Source: an uncultured Candidatus Saccharibacteria bacterium (lineage in GTDB: Bacteria; Patescibacteriota; Minisyncoccia; JAHISW01; Tagabacteraceae). From it: a DNA stretch of 44,535 bases. Under the pieces are notes generated by a model. It was not told the origin of the DNA. It saw only the letters and a list, made by a program, of their open reading frames with translations, and did no database searches. The position numbers and the translations under genes were made by a program. Where the stretch lies: assembly GCA_964601305.1 (NCBI GenBank), contig CAZRMW010000007.1, positions 1 through 44,535 of the forward strand, written 5' to 3'. How positions within the stretch are numbered: position 1 is the first letter of the stretch; every line of letters starts with the position of its first letter. Positions 17,813 to 27,297 of this stretch are shown here, piece after piece.

Positions 17813-17938
17813 GTTTTGTTTATATTTTATCAGCTTTTTTATAAAAAATTCTAGAGCTCTTCCGTTTTTTAAGCGTTTGTGGTACAACTTGATTAATCAA
17901 ATGTTTTTTAACAACTCAAAAAACGGGGGGATAATAAT

Positions 17939-18154
17939 ATGAAAGTCGATACCTTTCTTTTTGGATTGTTTTTATTCGGTTTGTTGTTGACTGTCTCTTG
18001 TGTAGTTGCAGGAGGGATGAATCCGGGTCTGGTTGTATTTGGAGTTGGTGTTTATAATATTTCTCTCTCTTTTCTTTTTGTGTCTATTGTTGTCTTTCTT
18101 GTTCTTGTACTAAGGGTGTCTGATTTTTTGTCTTCGGTGCAAAGTGGTTGCTGA
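17939..18154 (+). CDS. Small two-TM membrane protein
   Basis: 71 aa hydrophobic ORF with G-rich SD and terminator at 18179-18205. Confidence 0.55.
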   Translation: MKVDTFLFGLFLFGLLLTVSCVVAGGMNPGLVVFGVGVYNISLSFLFVSIVVFLVLVLRVSDFLSSVQSGC

Positions 18155-18178
18155 AAGTTGCCAGTATTGACAACTTCG

Positions 18179-18205
18179 AACCGTCGCTTTTGTGTGGCGG
18201 TTTTT
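18179..18205 (+). terminator. Intrinsic terminator
   Basis: AACCGTCGC...GTGGCGGTT followed by T run. Confidence 0.55.
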
Positions 18206-18937
18206 TTATTTTATTTTGTTTAAAAACATTGAAAAATATCTCTGGACAGTTTTTTTATCTGAAATTTTTTCTAAAATTTTTATTAAACCTTCTTTGTTAG
18301 CATCTTCACGCAAACCAAAACACCCATAGCATGGCGAGCCTCCAGAAATACACACAGCACCACATCCTCCTTGTGTAATTGGCCCAAGGCATGGTTGTTT
18401 ATTTATAATCCTACATTCATTTCCAGCTTGCTTACACTCAAAGCAAACGGAATATGGTCTGTAGCTTGGCGTTTTTCCAGATAAAAGCTCTTCTAAAATT
18501 CTTACAAGCTCGTTTTGGTCTATTGGGCACCCATGAATAGAAAAATCTACTTTTTGGTAAGATGCTAAAGGCAGGGAGTCGATTCCTTTTGGCTTATACT
18601 TTTCTCCATAAATCTTTTTGTAAAATCTTTTTCTATCTTTTTTGTTTACAATTCCAGGAATGCCAGCAATGGAAGCACATGCCCCAAGAGCAATAATATA
18701 AGTAGAATTTTCGCGTAAATATTTTAATGTATCTATTTCAGCTTGGGTTATTGGAGTACCTTCTATAATAGTTGCTAGAAATGGACCAGGTTCTTTTCTT
18801 TCTTGCCCAAGTCTCCAGTCGACTATGTCTACTCTTTTTTCCAAATCCAAAATTTTCTCACGAAGTGATACTATTTGCACTTCGCATCCTTCGCAGTCTG
18901 TAAAATCGTATATTGCTATTTTAGGTAATTTATTCAT
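18206..18937 (-). CDS. hydD: Group 3b [NiFe] hydrogenase small (delta) subunit
   Basis: CEGC, GACA, GCP, VCFEC, CLGP, GCGAVC, PCYGCFG. Confidence 0.92.
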   Translation of the reverse strand: MNKLPKIAIYDFTDCEGCEVQIVSLREKILDLEKRVDIVDWRLGQERKEPGPFLATIIEGTPITQAEIDTLKYLRENSTYIIALGACASIAGIPGIVNKKDRKRFYKKIYGEKYKPKGIDSLPLASYQKVDFSIHGCPIDQNELVRILEELLSGKTPSYRPYSVCFECKQAGNECRIINKQPCLGPITQGGCGAVCISGGSPCYGCFGLREDANKEGLIKILEKISDKKTVQRYFSMFLNKIK

Positions 18938-18938
18938 A

Positions 18939-19736
18939 TTAATCCCAGTTTTTATCTATTTCATCAAAATTAAATATTGGTCCATCTTTACAAATATATT
19001 TGTCTCCAGTGGTGCAATGTTGGCATTTCCCAACTCCACATTGCATTTTTCTTTCAGCGCTAACAAAAATTCTTTTATCTGAAATTCCGAGAGGTCGTAA
19101 AACTTTTTCGAGGGCATCCATCATTGGGCCGGGGCCACACATTGTAGCTACTGTGTTTTCTGGGTTTATGTCTACATCGTCTGCTAGTTCGGTTACAAAG
19201 CCTACACACCCTTTCCATCCGGGTGCAGGCTTGTCTATCGTGAGCACAACTTCAATTTTGTCTTTCCATTTTTTTATTTTATCTTTCATTAAAATATCTG
19301 TTGGGGTTTTTGCTCCATAAAGCAAGTAAACTTTTCCAAATTTTTTCCTATTTTTTATAATGTGCTCTATTAAAGAGGCGATAGGGGGTATGCCACATCC
19401 ACCGGTAGCCATAACAATGTCTTTGTCTTTAAAAAACTCTAAAGGAAACCCGTTTCCAAAAGGTCCACGCAAAGTTAGTTGATCACCCTTTTTTAAATTG
19501 TGTAATGCTTGAGTTGTAAGGCCACCAGTATTTCTTACGACTATTTCTATATAAGATTTTTTGTAAGGGGATGAGGCAACCCCAAAAGGCGCTTCTCCAT
19601 ACCCCCAAACACCAGCTAAAACAAACTGCCCTGGAATAAAGCGCATAAACTTTTTAAGACGAAAGAGCTTTACATCGGATGAAAGTTTTCTAACATCTAA
19701 AATTTTTATTTGTTGTGGTAGATAAATATTTTCCAT
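18939..19736 (-). CDS. hydG: Group 3b hydrogenase FAD/NAD(P)-binding (gamma) subunit
   Basis: PGQF, GEAPF, RGPFGNGF, GGCGIPP, CGPGPM, MQCGVGKCQHC...CKDGP. Confidence 0.92.
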   Translation of the reverse strand: MENIYLPQQIKILDVRKLSSDVKLFRLKKFMRFIPGQFVLAGVWGYGEAPFGVASSPYKKSYIEIVVRNTGGLTTQALHNLKKGDQLTLRGPFGNGFPLEFFKDKDIVMATGGCGIPPIASLIEHIIKNRKKFGKVYLLYGAKTPTDILMKDKIKKWKDKIEVVLTIDKPAPGWKGCVGFVTELADDVDINPENTVATMCGPGPMMDALEKVLRPLGISDKRIFVSAERKMQCGVGKCQHCTTGDKYICKDGPIFNFDEIDKNWD

Positions 19737-19738
19737 AA

Positions 19739-20668
19739 TTACTTATTACTCTTTTTGAAATTCTTTATAATTTCAAGAAGGACATTTTCTATATCTATAC
19801 TTGCTGGGCAGTGTTTTTTGCAACCTCCGCACGCCACACATTGAGATCTTCCAAACTCTTCGTACGCGCGTACAAATTTATGATAAAACCAGTTGTAGTA
19901 GCGTTCTTTAATGGATTGGTGAAATTTGTGGCCACCTGTGATTTTAGAAAATTCAGGGAGTGTACACGCCGTCCATTTTCTTGTCTTAGTGCATGTTCGG
20001 CCATCTAGTTTGCAAGCATCTTCTACAGAAAAACAGTGGCAAATAGGGCAGACATAGGTACAAATTCCACATCCTAGACACTCTTTGCCAAGTTTTTCCC
20101 ATATTTTTTTATGGTTCCTCCATGACCACTTTACAGCATCTTTTAAAAATTCAGGATCTTTTAGTAGTTTTCTTAATTTTGGCATAGTGTCTGATTTTTT
20201 ATTACTAGCTCTTTTGCTTGTGGTATCGCTTTTAAAAAATTTGTTTCTAGAAATTAGGCTCCCTTTGCTTGTTAGCGAATGAGCTTTGTATTTTTTGGCG
20301 CCAATTTTTTCTAAAATTAAATCTATCCCTGTATGTGGTATGTGTCCCTTCTCTTCTATTATAGAAATTATTGTGGAAACATTTCTTTTTTGGAAATAAT
20401 AGTAATCGGGCTTAGGCGTATTCATTATTTCGTCTAATTGAATTAGCGATTCTGTTTTTCTTAAATTTAGCCCAAAAAGAATAAAGGGTTTTGGTTTTTG
20501 TGGGGTAGAAATTTTGCCAGTTTTTTTGTTAAAAACAAAAGTCGTTTCTTCTGGAGGGAAGAAATATTTTTTAGGAGGCAAAACATCTTTGCGCACATCT
20601 ATTGTTATGTACTTTTTCTTTAAATTTTCTAGAAATTTTTCTATGTCTTTTTCTTCTATGACTAACAT
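19739..20668 (-). CDS. hydB: Group 3b hydrogenase 4Fe-4S (beta) subunit
   Basis: CLGCGICTYVCPICHCF and CVACGGCKKHCP. Confidence 0.9.
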   Translation of the reverse strand: MLVIEEKDIEKFLENLKKKYITIDVRKDVLPPKKYFFPPEETTFVFNKKTGKISTPQKPKPFILFGLNLRKTESLIQLDEIMNTPKPDYYYFQKRNVSTIISIIEEKGHIPHTGIDLILEKIGAKKYKAHSLTSKGSLISRNKFFKSDTTSKRASNKKSDTMPKLRKLLKDPEFLKDAVKWSWRNHKKIWEKLGKECLGCGICTYVCPICHCFSVEDACKLDGRTCTKTRKWTACTLPEFSKITGGHKFHQSIKERYYNWFYHKFVRAYEEFGRSQCVACGGCKKHCPASIDIENVLLEIIKNFKKSNK

Positions 20669-20766
20669 TATATATATTATATCTCTTTCGCATTTAAAAA
20701 TAAAATGCTATAAGCAAGTAAGATACAAATTTCTTTGACACTAAACTTTTAAAGTCGTGTGAAGAG

Positions 20767-21186
20767 GTGAAAATAATGTTGTGGCTAAAAACTTTTGTTG
20801 TTGCTTCTGGATTTTCTTTTGCAGGTGTATTTTTTACTTTAATAATGTTTTGGTTTTTAGATAATAAGACATCAAAAGTAATTAGTTTATTTGGTTATTC
20901 TTGGCAGTTTTCTTCTTTATCTTCTTTTGCTGTTGGAATGACTCTTGTGTGCTCGCCAGGGATTTTATTATGCAATTACTTTGTTTTTATTTTGTATACA
21001 AATGGCTACGAATGGCTAGGGGATGGTGCAAAAGTTTGGCCTGTCCAACTAGTTATGCGTGCCGCAGCTGTTTTTACATTTTTCATAACCACATGGTTGT
21101 ATAGAGGAGAGTTACCTCAAAATGGATCTTGGGTAGGTCTTGCGTTGGCTGTCTTGATAATCATAGCTTCTGTCACTTGGAAATAA
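20767..21186 (+). CDS. Hypothetical multi-TM membrane protein
   Basis: About four hydrophobic segments; GTG start. Confidence 0.6.
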   Translation: MKIMLWLKTFVVASGFSFAGVFFTLIMFWFLDNKTSKVISLFGYSWQFSSLSSFAVGMTLVCSPGILLCNYFVFILYTNGYEWLGDGAKVWPVQLVMRAAAVFTFFITTWLYRGELPQNGSWVGLALAVLIIIASVTWK

Positions 21187-21215
21187 AAACAAAAATTAAA
21201 ATAGGAGACAAGCTT

Positions 21216-21431
21216 ATGTCAGACACAAATGATTTACACACTGCCAGATGTCAGGCTATTTTTACTAAAGCAGAGGTCGCCAAGATTATGAGAGAAAAGT
21301 TTTCTAATCTTTTTGATCATGGGGGACATTGTTTCAAAATTTTAGAAAAACTTGCTTCCGGAGAAGAAGATATCGAATACGTTGTCACTGAAATACAAAA
21401 TAAAATACAAAAAATAGGATTTGAACAATAA
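21216..21431 (+). CDS. Small hypothetical protein
   Basis: SD AGGAG before ATG 21216; terminator-like hairpin 21443-21474 follows. Confidence 0.55.
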   Translation: MSDTNDLHTARCQAIFTKAEVAKIMREKFSNLFDHGGHCFKILEKLASGEEDIEYVVTEIQNKIQKIGFEQ

Positions 21432-21522
21432 AAAAAGTTAAAGCGTTGTGTTTCAAACGACACGGCGTTTTTTTGTTTTCATCCCTCTTTTTATGTATGT
21501 TATATCGTTATATTTATGTAAT

Positions 21523-21556
21523 TATCCAATTCTACGCGACCGCTTTATTTTGGATA
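21523..21556 (+). repeat. 34-bp site, left copy
   Basis: TATCCA-ATTCTA-CGCGACCGC-TTTATTT-TGGATA. Confidence 0.85.
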
Positions 21557-21588
21557 GTTTTTGTGGTACGGTAAAAGTACAATTAGAA

Positions 21589-22149
21589 ATGAAAAAAGAC
21601 ACAAAAATACTTGTTGGTAAAATTATATTGGCGACTATTGCAACTGCTGGTGTTTTGACTGTGGCAGTAGCAGCTCCAAATGCTGTTCAGTGCATAAAAA
21701 TGTTTTATCCAGATCAAAAAAGAAAATATAAAGTAAACCACCAAGTAAACAGAACGATAAAGAGATTAAAACAACAAGGATTGATAAAATTCGAAAAAAG
21801 AAACGATCAGAGCTTTGTAAGACTTACAGAAAAAGGAAAAGAGAGATTGTTAAAATATCAAATGCAAGAACTAGAAATAAAGAAACCGAAGAAGTGGGAC
21901 AAAAAATGGAGAGTAGTAATATTTGATATCAAAGAAAAAAGAAAACATATCAGAGAAGGATTAAGAAAGGAGTTAATAAGACTAAACTTTGTAAAACTAC
22001 AAAATAGTGTTTGGGTACACCCCTACAAATGCGATGAAATCATAGCAATGTTCAAAGCGCACTTCAAAATCGGCAAAGATGTCCTCTATATGACGGTTGA
22101 TACCATAGAGAATGATAAGTGGTTAAAAGAGGAGTTTAGATTGAGATAA
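21589..22149 (+). CDS. PaaX-like protein: wHTH plus Cas2-like ferredoxin-fold domain
   Basis: RLKQQGLI...VRLTEKGK (wHTH), WDKKWRVVIFDI, LQNSVW; start trimmed to MKKDTK. Confidence 0.85.
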   Translation: MKKDTKILVGKIILATIATAGVLTVAVAAPNAVQCIKMFYPDQKRKYKVNHQVNRTIKRLKQQGLIKFEKRNDQSFVRLTEKGKERLLKYQMQELEIKKPKKWDKKWRVVIFDIKEKRKHIREGLRKELIRLNFVKLQNSVWVHPYKCDEIIAMFKAHFKIGKDVLYMTVDTIENDKWLKEEFRLR

Positions 22150-22200
22150 TTTACCTAGTATTTAGTTTAGGAAAGTGTAGTAGTTGAGGTATTTTCTCAC

Positions 22201-22234
22201 TATCCATTTTTGTGCGGTCGCGGTTTTCTGGATA
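22201..22234 (-). repeat. 34-bp site, right copy (inverted)
   Basis: Reverse complement TATCCA-GAAAAC-CGCGACCGC-ACAAAAA-TGGATA. Confidence 0.85.
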
Positions 22235-22335
22235 GTATTTTATCTAATTTAATCTTAAATTGATTAAATTGAATTGATTTGAAGTTGTTCAAAATTACTG
22301 GTGTAAGTGTGAGTTTGGCCAAAATTTGAATACTA

Positions 22336-23526
22336 CTAATTAAACATCAACCACTCTGGTTTGAAGAGAAGGAGGAGACCAACAATAGTTATAAGTACTC
22401 CACCAACAAGAGCAGAGAATTGTGAATATTTTTTAGTAAACGCAAGAGTCCGCAAGGTAAACATGGCTACAAAAAATACTATTAAGTCGTCTAGCATAAA
22501 GATAAGTATATAAAGCAGTAGGTATGAGTAGTGTTGCAAACCAGAAAGATCGCTCAAACTAAGTACATTTGTATAAACAGCTGGAAGTCCAGCAGAGCAG
22601 ATGAGCTCTACAAGGTTTACTGCAAAAGCTAAGAGAATTATTCCCCCTAAGGCTAACCAAAACTGTTTTTGCTGAGAAATATCTTTTAATTTGTCAAAAA
22701 TTTTCTTCTGTCTTGGACTTTCAGATACTTCGCATACATCAGCTTTGTCTGTGAAATATTTTTTTAAGTAAAGTGTCCCGCTAAAAATGGCAACAAGACC
22801 AATAACAACTCGCACCCAAAATACAAAACCTAAAAATAAAAATAGGTTTAGCCATGCGGATAAAAACAAAAAGTATACAAATGCAGAGGCTACAATGAAG
22901 GCAGTTCCCAAAATCCACATTCTTTTTTTATCTTTCATCCCCAAAAGTAGGCTAATAAGAAATATTAGTACCCACATAGCGCAGGGATTAAAGCCATCTA
23001 TTCCAGCTATAACAACTGTAAGAAGAGGAAGGGAAATATTTTTGGTGTCTATTTCTCCAATAAAAGGAAGCGTCATTTTTTCAGGTATGTTTTGAGAAAT
23101 TTTGTTTGGATCTTCCTGGGGAATTTCTTTTACAATAAGTGGTGCTATAGGATCTGTATAGCTGGTTTTAGAAAAATGGTCTACAAGCTCTCGTATTCTT
23201 TGGCCGGTTGTTTCATCGGAGTGATAGCCAATAAAATATTCATTGCCGATCATAGTAAAAGGGATTCCAGAAATATTTATTCCTAGTGTTTGGGCAATTT
23301 GCTTGATGAGCTTTATGTTTTCGGGATTTTTAGAAATTTCAAACTCTTTTATCTCTATTTGGCTGCCCATTTCTTGCTTTAATTTTTCTAGGAAAACTTT
23401 TTCTTTAGCACAATGTGGACAAGTTTCAGATTCAAAAATATAAATTACCACTGGCTCGTTTGCCAAGGCAAGAGTGGGAATAAAAAACAAGGAAAATAAA
23501 ATTGTAGATAAAAACACTTTTTTCAT
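22336..23526 (-). CDS. Exported thioredoxin/glutaredoxin domain fused to CcdA/DsbD-like membrane domain
   Basis: Signal peptide, CPHC, DGFNPCAMWVL, ELICSAGLP, about six TM segments. Confidence 0.85.
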   Translation of the reverse strand: MKKVFLSTILFSLFFIPTLALANEPVVIYIFESETCPHCAKEKVFLEKLKQEMGSQIEIKEFEISKNPENIKLIKQIAQTLGINISGIPFTMIGNEYFIGYHSDETTGQRIRELVDHFSKTSYTDPIAPLIVKEIPQEDPNKISQNIPEKMTLPFIGEIDTKNISLPLLTVVIAGIDGFNPCAMWVLIFLISLLLGMKDKKRMWILGTAFIVASAFVYFLFLSAWLNLFLFLGFVFWVRVVIGLVAIFSGTLYLKKYFTDKADVCEVSESPRQKKIFDKLKDISQQKQFWLALGGIILLAFAVNLVELICSAGLPAVYTNVLSLSDLSGLQHYSYLLLYILIFMLDDLIVFFVAMFTLRTLAFTKKYSQFSALVGGVLITIVGLLLLFKPEWLMFN

Positions 23527-23596
23527 ATTGGTTGACTATTTATATAAAATTATATTAGTATAATAAGTATATTAATATATTAAGATAAAAACAACT

Positions 23597-24013
23597 ATGG
23601 AAATGTTTAAAGATGGTTTTGAATCTGGTCCAGAAGAGGAAAATATGGATAAAATTAAATCTCCAGAGAGGGTTGTTTTGATGAGTGAGGAGATTTTAGA
23701 GAAAGAAGAGGCGGAAATAGAAAAAAATAAAAAATTAAAAAATATTCTGGAAAAGGTTGGTTTTGCAGGAGCTAGTTTGGGGTCTCTTGTTATGGTTGTT
23801 TCTGTTTTAAAAATATTAGAATTTCCTGGTTTACCAGAAGTGGCTGGTAACATTGAATTTATGGCATCAGGGATGGGCATTGCTATGATGGGTAGATGGG
23901 CTATACAAGAAGGAGATAGTTTAAGAAAAAAAATAGAAGAAAAGTTAAAAAATTTAACGAGAGGTGATTCTCATAAAGCAACAGATAAAGCAACAGAAGC
24001 AGATTTATTGTAA
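23597..24013 (+). CDS. Hypothetical membrane protein
   Basis: Acidic N-terminus, two hydrophobic segments. Confidence 0.6.
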   Translation: MEMFKDGFESGPEEENMDKIKSPERVVLMSEEILEKEEAEIEKNKKLKNILEKVGFAGASLGSLVMVVSVLKILEFPGLPEVAGNIEFMASGMGIAMMGRWAIQEGDSLRKKIEEKLKNLTRGDSHKATDKATEADLL

Positions 24014-24034
24014 AATAATTTATAATACAAAAAC

Positions 24035-24334
24035 ATGAATAAAGAAATAAACTTAAAAGAAGATTTAGATAAAATTCTTTCTGAAATTGGTCTTTCTGAA
24101 GACCAAAAAAGGAAAACATTTAAATCTCTAGAAAAAGCAATAGTTTTAAATTGGATAAATTCGTTAACTAGTCAGTTATCAGAAGAAAATACGAAAGATT
24201 TCGAAGAAAAAGAAATAGAAACAATTGAAGAGGCAATGAAAATATTGACAGAATACTTTCCAAAGGAAAAAGTCGTAGAAGAACTAGGCAATTCTACAGA
24301 GAAAATAATAGGAAAATTTGTAGATAAAATATAA
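24035..24334 (+). CDS. Small acidic helical hypothetical protein
   Basis: 99 aa ORF; TATAAT 8 nt before ATG. Confidence 0.65.
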   Translation: MNKEINLKEDLDKILSEIGLSEDQKRKTFKSLEKAIVLNWINSLTSQLSEENTKDFEEKEIETIEEAMKILTEYFPKEKVVEELGNSTEKIIGKFVDKI

Positions 24335-24492
24335 TAACTATTCTAACTCAAAAGTTTTGTTATTGAAACACTTTATTATATAAGAATCCATATGGGTTTT
24401 TATATAATAATAAGTCAAACTCTTGCAAAATATAGATTTTTATGGCATTGTTGAGGATAGAAAATAAACAATTAAATTTAGGGAGGTCTAAA

Positions 24493-24954
24493 ATGGCTGA
24501 TAAATTGAAAAACGAAGCAGAGGTGGAAAGATTTAACAAAAAGAAGTTTGATGGTTTGGAAGGTTTTAAAAAAATTGGTTATTTGATGAGGATTTTGAAA
24601 ATTGATGTTATTGATGTTGCTAAAATTTTGTTGGTTGATGGAATTATTGTTAAAAAGGTGTGCGAAAGCGGAAATGTTTTTAGTGGTTTAAATCTACAAG
24701 ACCACAGAGCGGTTTTTACCAGATTTTGTGCTTTTCTAAGTCTTTTGGAGTATCTTTTGAAAATTTCCCGGTATCATCACTTTGTTTTTTTGGGCCTGTT
24801 TTTGGAAGGTGTTATGACGGATAGATTTTTTGAACAGGTGAGTATAAAACCGCCTTGGTTTGGTCAAAGTGTCTTTAATTTTTTGACGGAAAAACAAACC
24901 GAAGGTCTTGAGATGTGTATAGACTGGATAAAGCAAAATCAGGAAAACAGTTAA
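24493..24954 (+). CDS. Hypothetical protein
   Basis: SD GGGAGG before ATG 24493; terminator 24974-25002. Confidence 0.65.
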   Translation: MADKLKNEAEVERFNKKKFDGLEGFKKIGYLMRILKIDVIDVAKILLVDGIIVKKVCESGNVFSGLNLQDHRAVFTRFCAFLSLLEYLLKISRYHHFVFLGLFLEGVMTDRFFEQVSIKPPWFGQSVFNFLTEKQTEGLEMCIDWIKQNQENS

Positions 24955-24973
24955 AACAAGAGCAATCCAAATG

Positions 24974-25002
24974 AAACCCTGGCTGAAAAAAGCCGGGGTT
25001 TT
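24974..25002 (+). terminator. Intrinsic terminator
   Basis: AAACCCTGGCT...AGCCGGGGTTTT. Confidence 0.7.
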
Positions 25003-25042
25003 CTTTTGTCAAAAAAATATTTAATGTATAATTAGTAGTATT

Positions 25043-25681
25043 ATGAACAATCAAAACAATATTACATTAGTACTGGTTGTGGTACTTATTTTCACAGCTA
25101 TCATTATTGGCGGTTATTTATTTTATAAAAACATGCAAGAACCAGAAAAAATAGATGAAGAAAATTTAAACTTAGGACAAGACTCTGAATCGGATAAACA
25201 AGTTTATGCAATTATGAAAACTAATTTGGGCGATATTAAATTAGAATTATTTAAAGAAGATGCACCAAATACGGTAGAAAATTTTGTCAGTCTTGCGAAA
25301 GCAGATTTTTACAATGGTGTGAAATTTCACAGAGTTATTAAAAGTTTTATGATTCAGGGAGGAGATCCACTTTCTAAAGACGATTCTATGATAAACAGAT
25401 GGGGTACAGGTGGTCCAGGCTACACTTTTGCTGACGAAATTCATTCAAACAATAAAAATGATAAAGGTACAATTTCTATGGCAAACGCAGGTCCAAACAC
25501 AAATGGCAGTCAGTTTTTTATAAATACAAACAATAACAATTTTTTGGACACTAAGCATACTGTTTTTGGTAACGTTGTGGAGGGAATGGATGTGGTTTCA
25601 AAAATTGAAAATGTAGAAACAAGTACAGCGGACAGGCCAGTAGAGAGTGTCGTTATAAACAGTATAGAAATAATTAAATAA
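25043..25681 (+). CDS. Membrane-anchored cyclophilin-type peptidyl-prolyl isomerase
   Basis: FHRVIKSFMIQGGDP, SMANAGPNTNGSQFFI, LDTKHTVFG. Confidence 0.95.
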   Translation: MNNQNNITLVLVVVLIFTAIIIGGYLFYKNMQEPEKIDEENLNLGQDSESDKQVYAIMKTNLGDIKLELFKEDAPNTVENFVSLAKADFYNGVKFHRVIKSFMIQGGDPLSKDDSMINRWGTGGPGYTFADEIHSNNKNDKGTISMANAGPNTNGSQFFINTNNNNFLDTKHTVFGNVVEGMDVVSKIENVETSTADRPVESVVINSIEIIK

Positions 25682-25685
25682 ATTT

Positions 25686-27245
25686 ATGCAAAAAATAAAA
25701 GAATATTTAAAAAAGCATTACATAGTTTCTAGCGTAATTGGACTAGCAGTGTTCTTTTTCTTGATTTATCTAATTTTTGGAGGAAAAGAAGAATTTCCGT
25801 ACGACACAGTGGTAGTAGAAAAAGGAGATGTAGTGCAAGAAGTTAGTGTTACAGGGAGTATAAAGCCGGCTCAGGACGTAAATTTGGCTTTCGAAAAAGG
25901 AGGAAAAATTTCTCGAGTTTATGTTGAGGTTAGTGATAGGGTTTATTCAGGAAAAACCTTGGTTCAGTTAGACAATGGAGATATATGGGCTCAACTTCAG
26001 GGTGCGAAAGCAGATTTAAAATCTCAACAAGCTAAGTTAGACGAACTTAAAAGGGGAACTCGTGAAGAAGAAATAGGAATACAAGAAACAAAAGTTGTTA
26101 GCGCAGAAGTGGCAGTAGAAGATGCAAAACAAAATCTTTTAGATAAATTAAACGATGCTTATACAAAATCTGATGATGCAATAAGAAACAAGACAGATCA
26201 ATTTTTTAGTAATCCTCGTGGGGCTTCGCCTTCTTTAATTTTTTCAAATTCACCTTCTGGTATAGATTATCAAGTTGAAAGCGACAGAATTTTGGTAGAG
26301 GAAATTTTAACAAATTGGCAAACAGATGATTTTATATTGTCTTTGGAAAGTGATTTGTTAAGTTTCACATCTGAAGCAAAAACTAATCTAGATACAACTA
26401 AAGCTTTTCTAGAAAAAACAGCTCTTGTTATAAACAGTTTAACTTCTAGCTCTGCTCTTTCTCAAACTACAATAGATGGGTGGAAATCAGCAGTTTCTAC
26501 AGCAAGAACAAATGTTAACACAGCGATAGTTAATTTGTCCGCAGCTGAAGAAGAATTAAAAACAGACAATTCTGCTTTAGTTTTGGCAGAGCAAGAACTA
26601 GAACTTAAAAAAGCAGGCACTGTGGCAGAGCAGGTTTTGGCGCAAGAAGCCAAAGTTGAGTCTGCACAAGCTGCTGTAAGAAACTACGAAGCACAGTTGT
26701 CTAAAACAATTATTCGTTCTCCGATAAAAGGTATCGTTACCAAACAAGAAGCCAAGGTGGGAGAAATTGTGCCAGCCAATCAACTTATGGTGGCTGTAAT
26801 TTCTGATGCTAATTTTGAAATAGAAGCAGATATTCCAGAGGTAGATGTGGCCAAGTTAGAATTAGAAGATGTTGCAAGGGTTACTTTAGATGCCTATGGA
26901 GATGATATTGTTTTTGAGGTTGTGGTGGTTGCAATAGATCCAGCAGAAACTCTTATAGAAGGGGTGCCAAGCTACAAAACAACTTTTCAATTTAAAGAAA
27001 AGGATGAAAGAATTCGTTCTGGAATGACGGCTAATTTAGACATATTGACTGACAAAAAAGAAGGAGTAATTGCTGTTCCGCAAAGGGCTGTAATTACGAA
27101 GGGTGGTATAAAATTTGTCCGCATAGTTAAAGGGGGAAATATAGAAGAGGTAGAGGTAAAAACTGGACTTAAGGGTAGTTTTGGGGAGATAGAAATTCTT
27201 GAAGGAATAAATGAAGGCGACGAAGTGGTTACCTTTATGAGATAA
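25686..27245 (+). CDS. MacA-like efflux membrane-fusion (adaptor) protein
   Basis: N-terminal TM, lipoyl halves, long coiled coil, IRSPIKG, RSGMTA. Confidence 0.9.
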   Translation: MQKIKEYLKKHYIVSSVIGLAVFFFLIYLIFGGKEEFPYDTVVVEKGDVVQEVSVTGSIKPAQDVNLAFEKGGKISRVYVEVSDRVYSGKTLVQLDNGDIWAQLQGAKADLKSQQAKLDELKRGTREEEIGIQETKVVSAEVAVEDAKQNLLDKLNDAYTKSDDAIRNKTDQFFSNPRGASPSLIFSNSPSGIDYQVESDRILVEEILTNWQTDDFILSLESDLLSFTSEAKTNLDTTKAFLEKTALVINSLTSSSALSQTTIDGWKSAVSTARTNVNTAIVNLSAAEEELKTDNSALVLAEQELELKKAGTVAEQVLAQEAKVESAQAAVRNYEAQLSKTIIRSPIKGIVTKQEAKVGEIVPANQLMVAVISDANFEIEADIPEVDVAKLELEDVARVTLDAYGDDIVFEVVVVAIDPAETLIEGVPSYKTTFQFKEKDERIRSGMTANLDILTDKKEGVIAVPQRAVITKGGIKFVRIVKGGNIEEVEVKTGLKGSFGEIEILEGINEGDEVVTFMR

Positions 27246-27297
27246 ATTTTTTGTTTGGCTAGTTTTTTGAGGTCGTTCCTCCAAAACTACCAAAAAG

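Noticed and set aside
22250-22283. AATTG-like short repeats downstream of the right 34-bp site
   Set aside because: Low-complexity AT-rich sequence without regular period
21448-22330. CRISPR-Cas locus suggested by the Cas2-like domain
   Set aside because: No repeat-spacer array and no cas1 or effector genes in the window; only two inverted sites flank the gene
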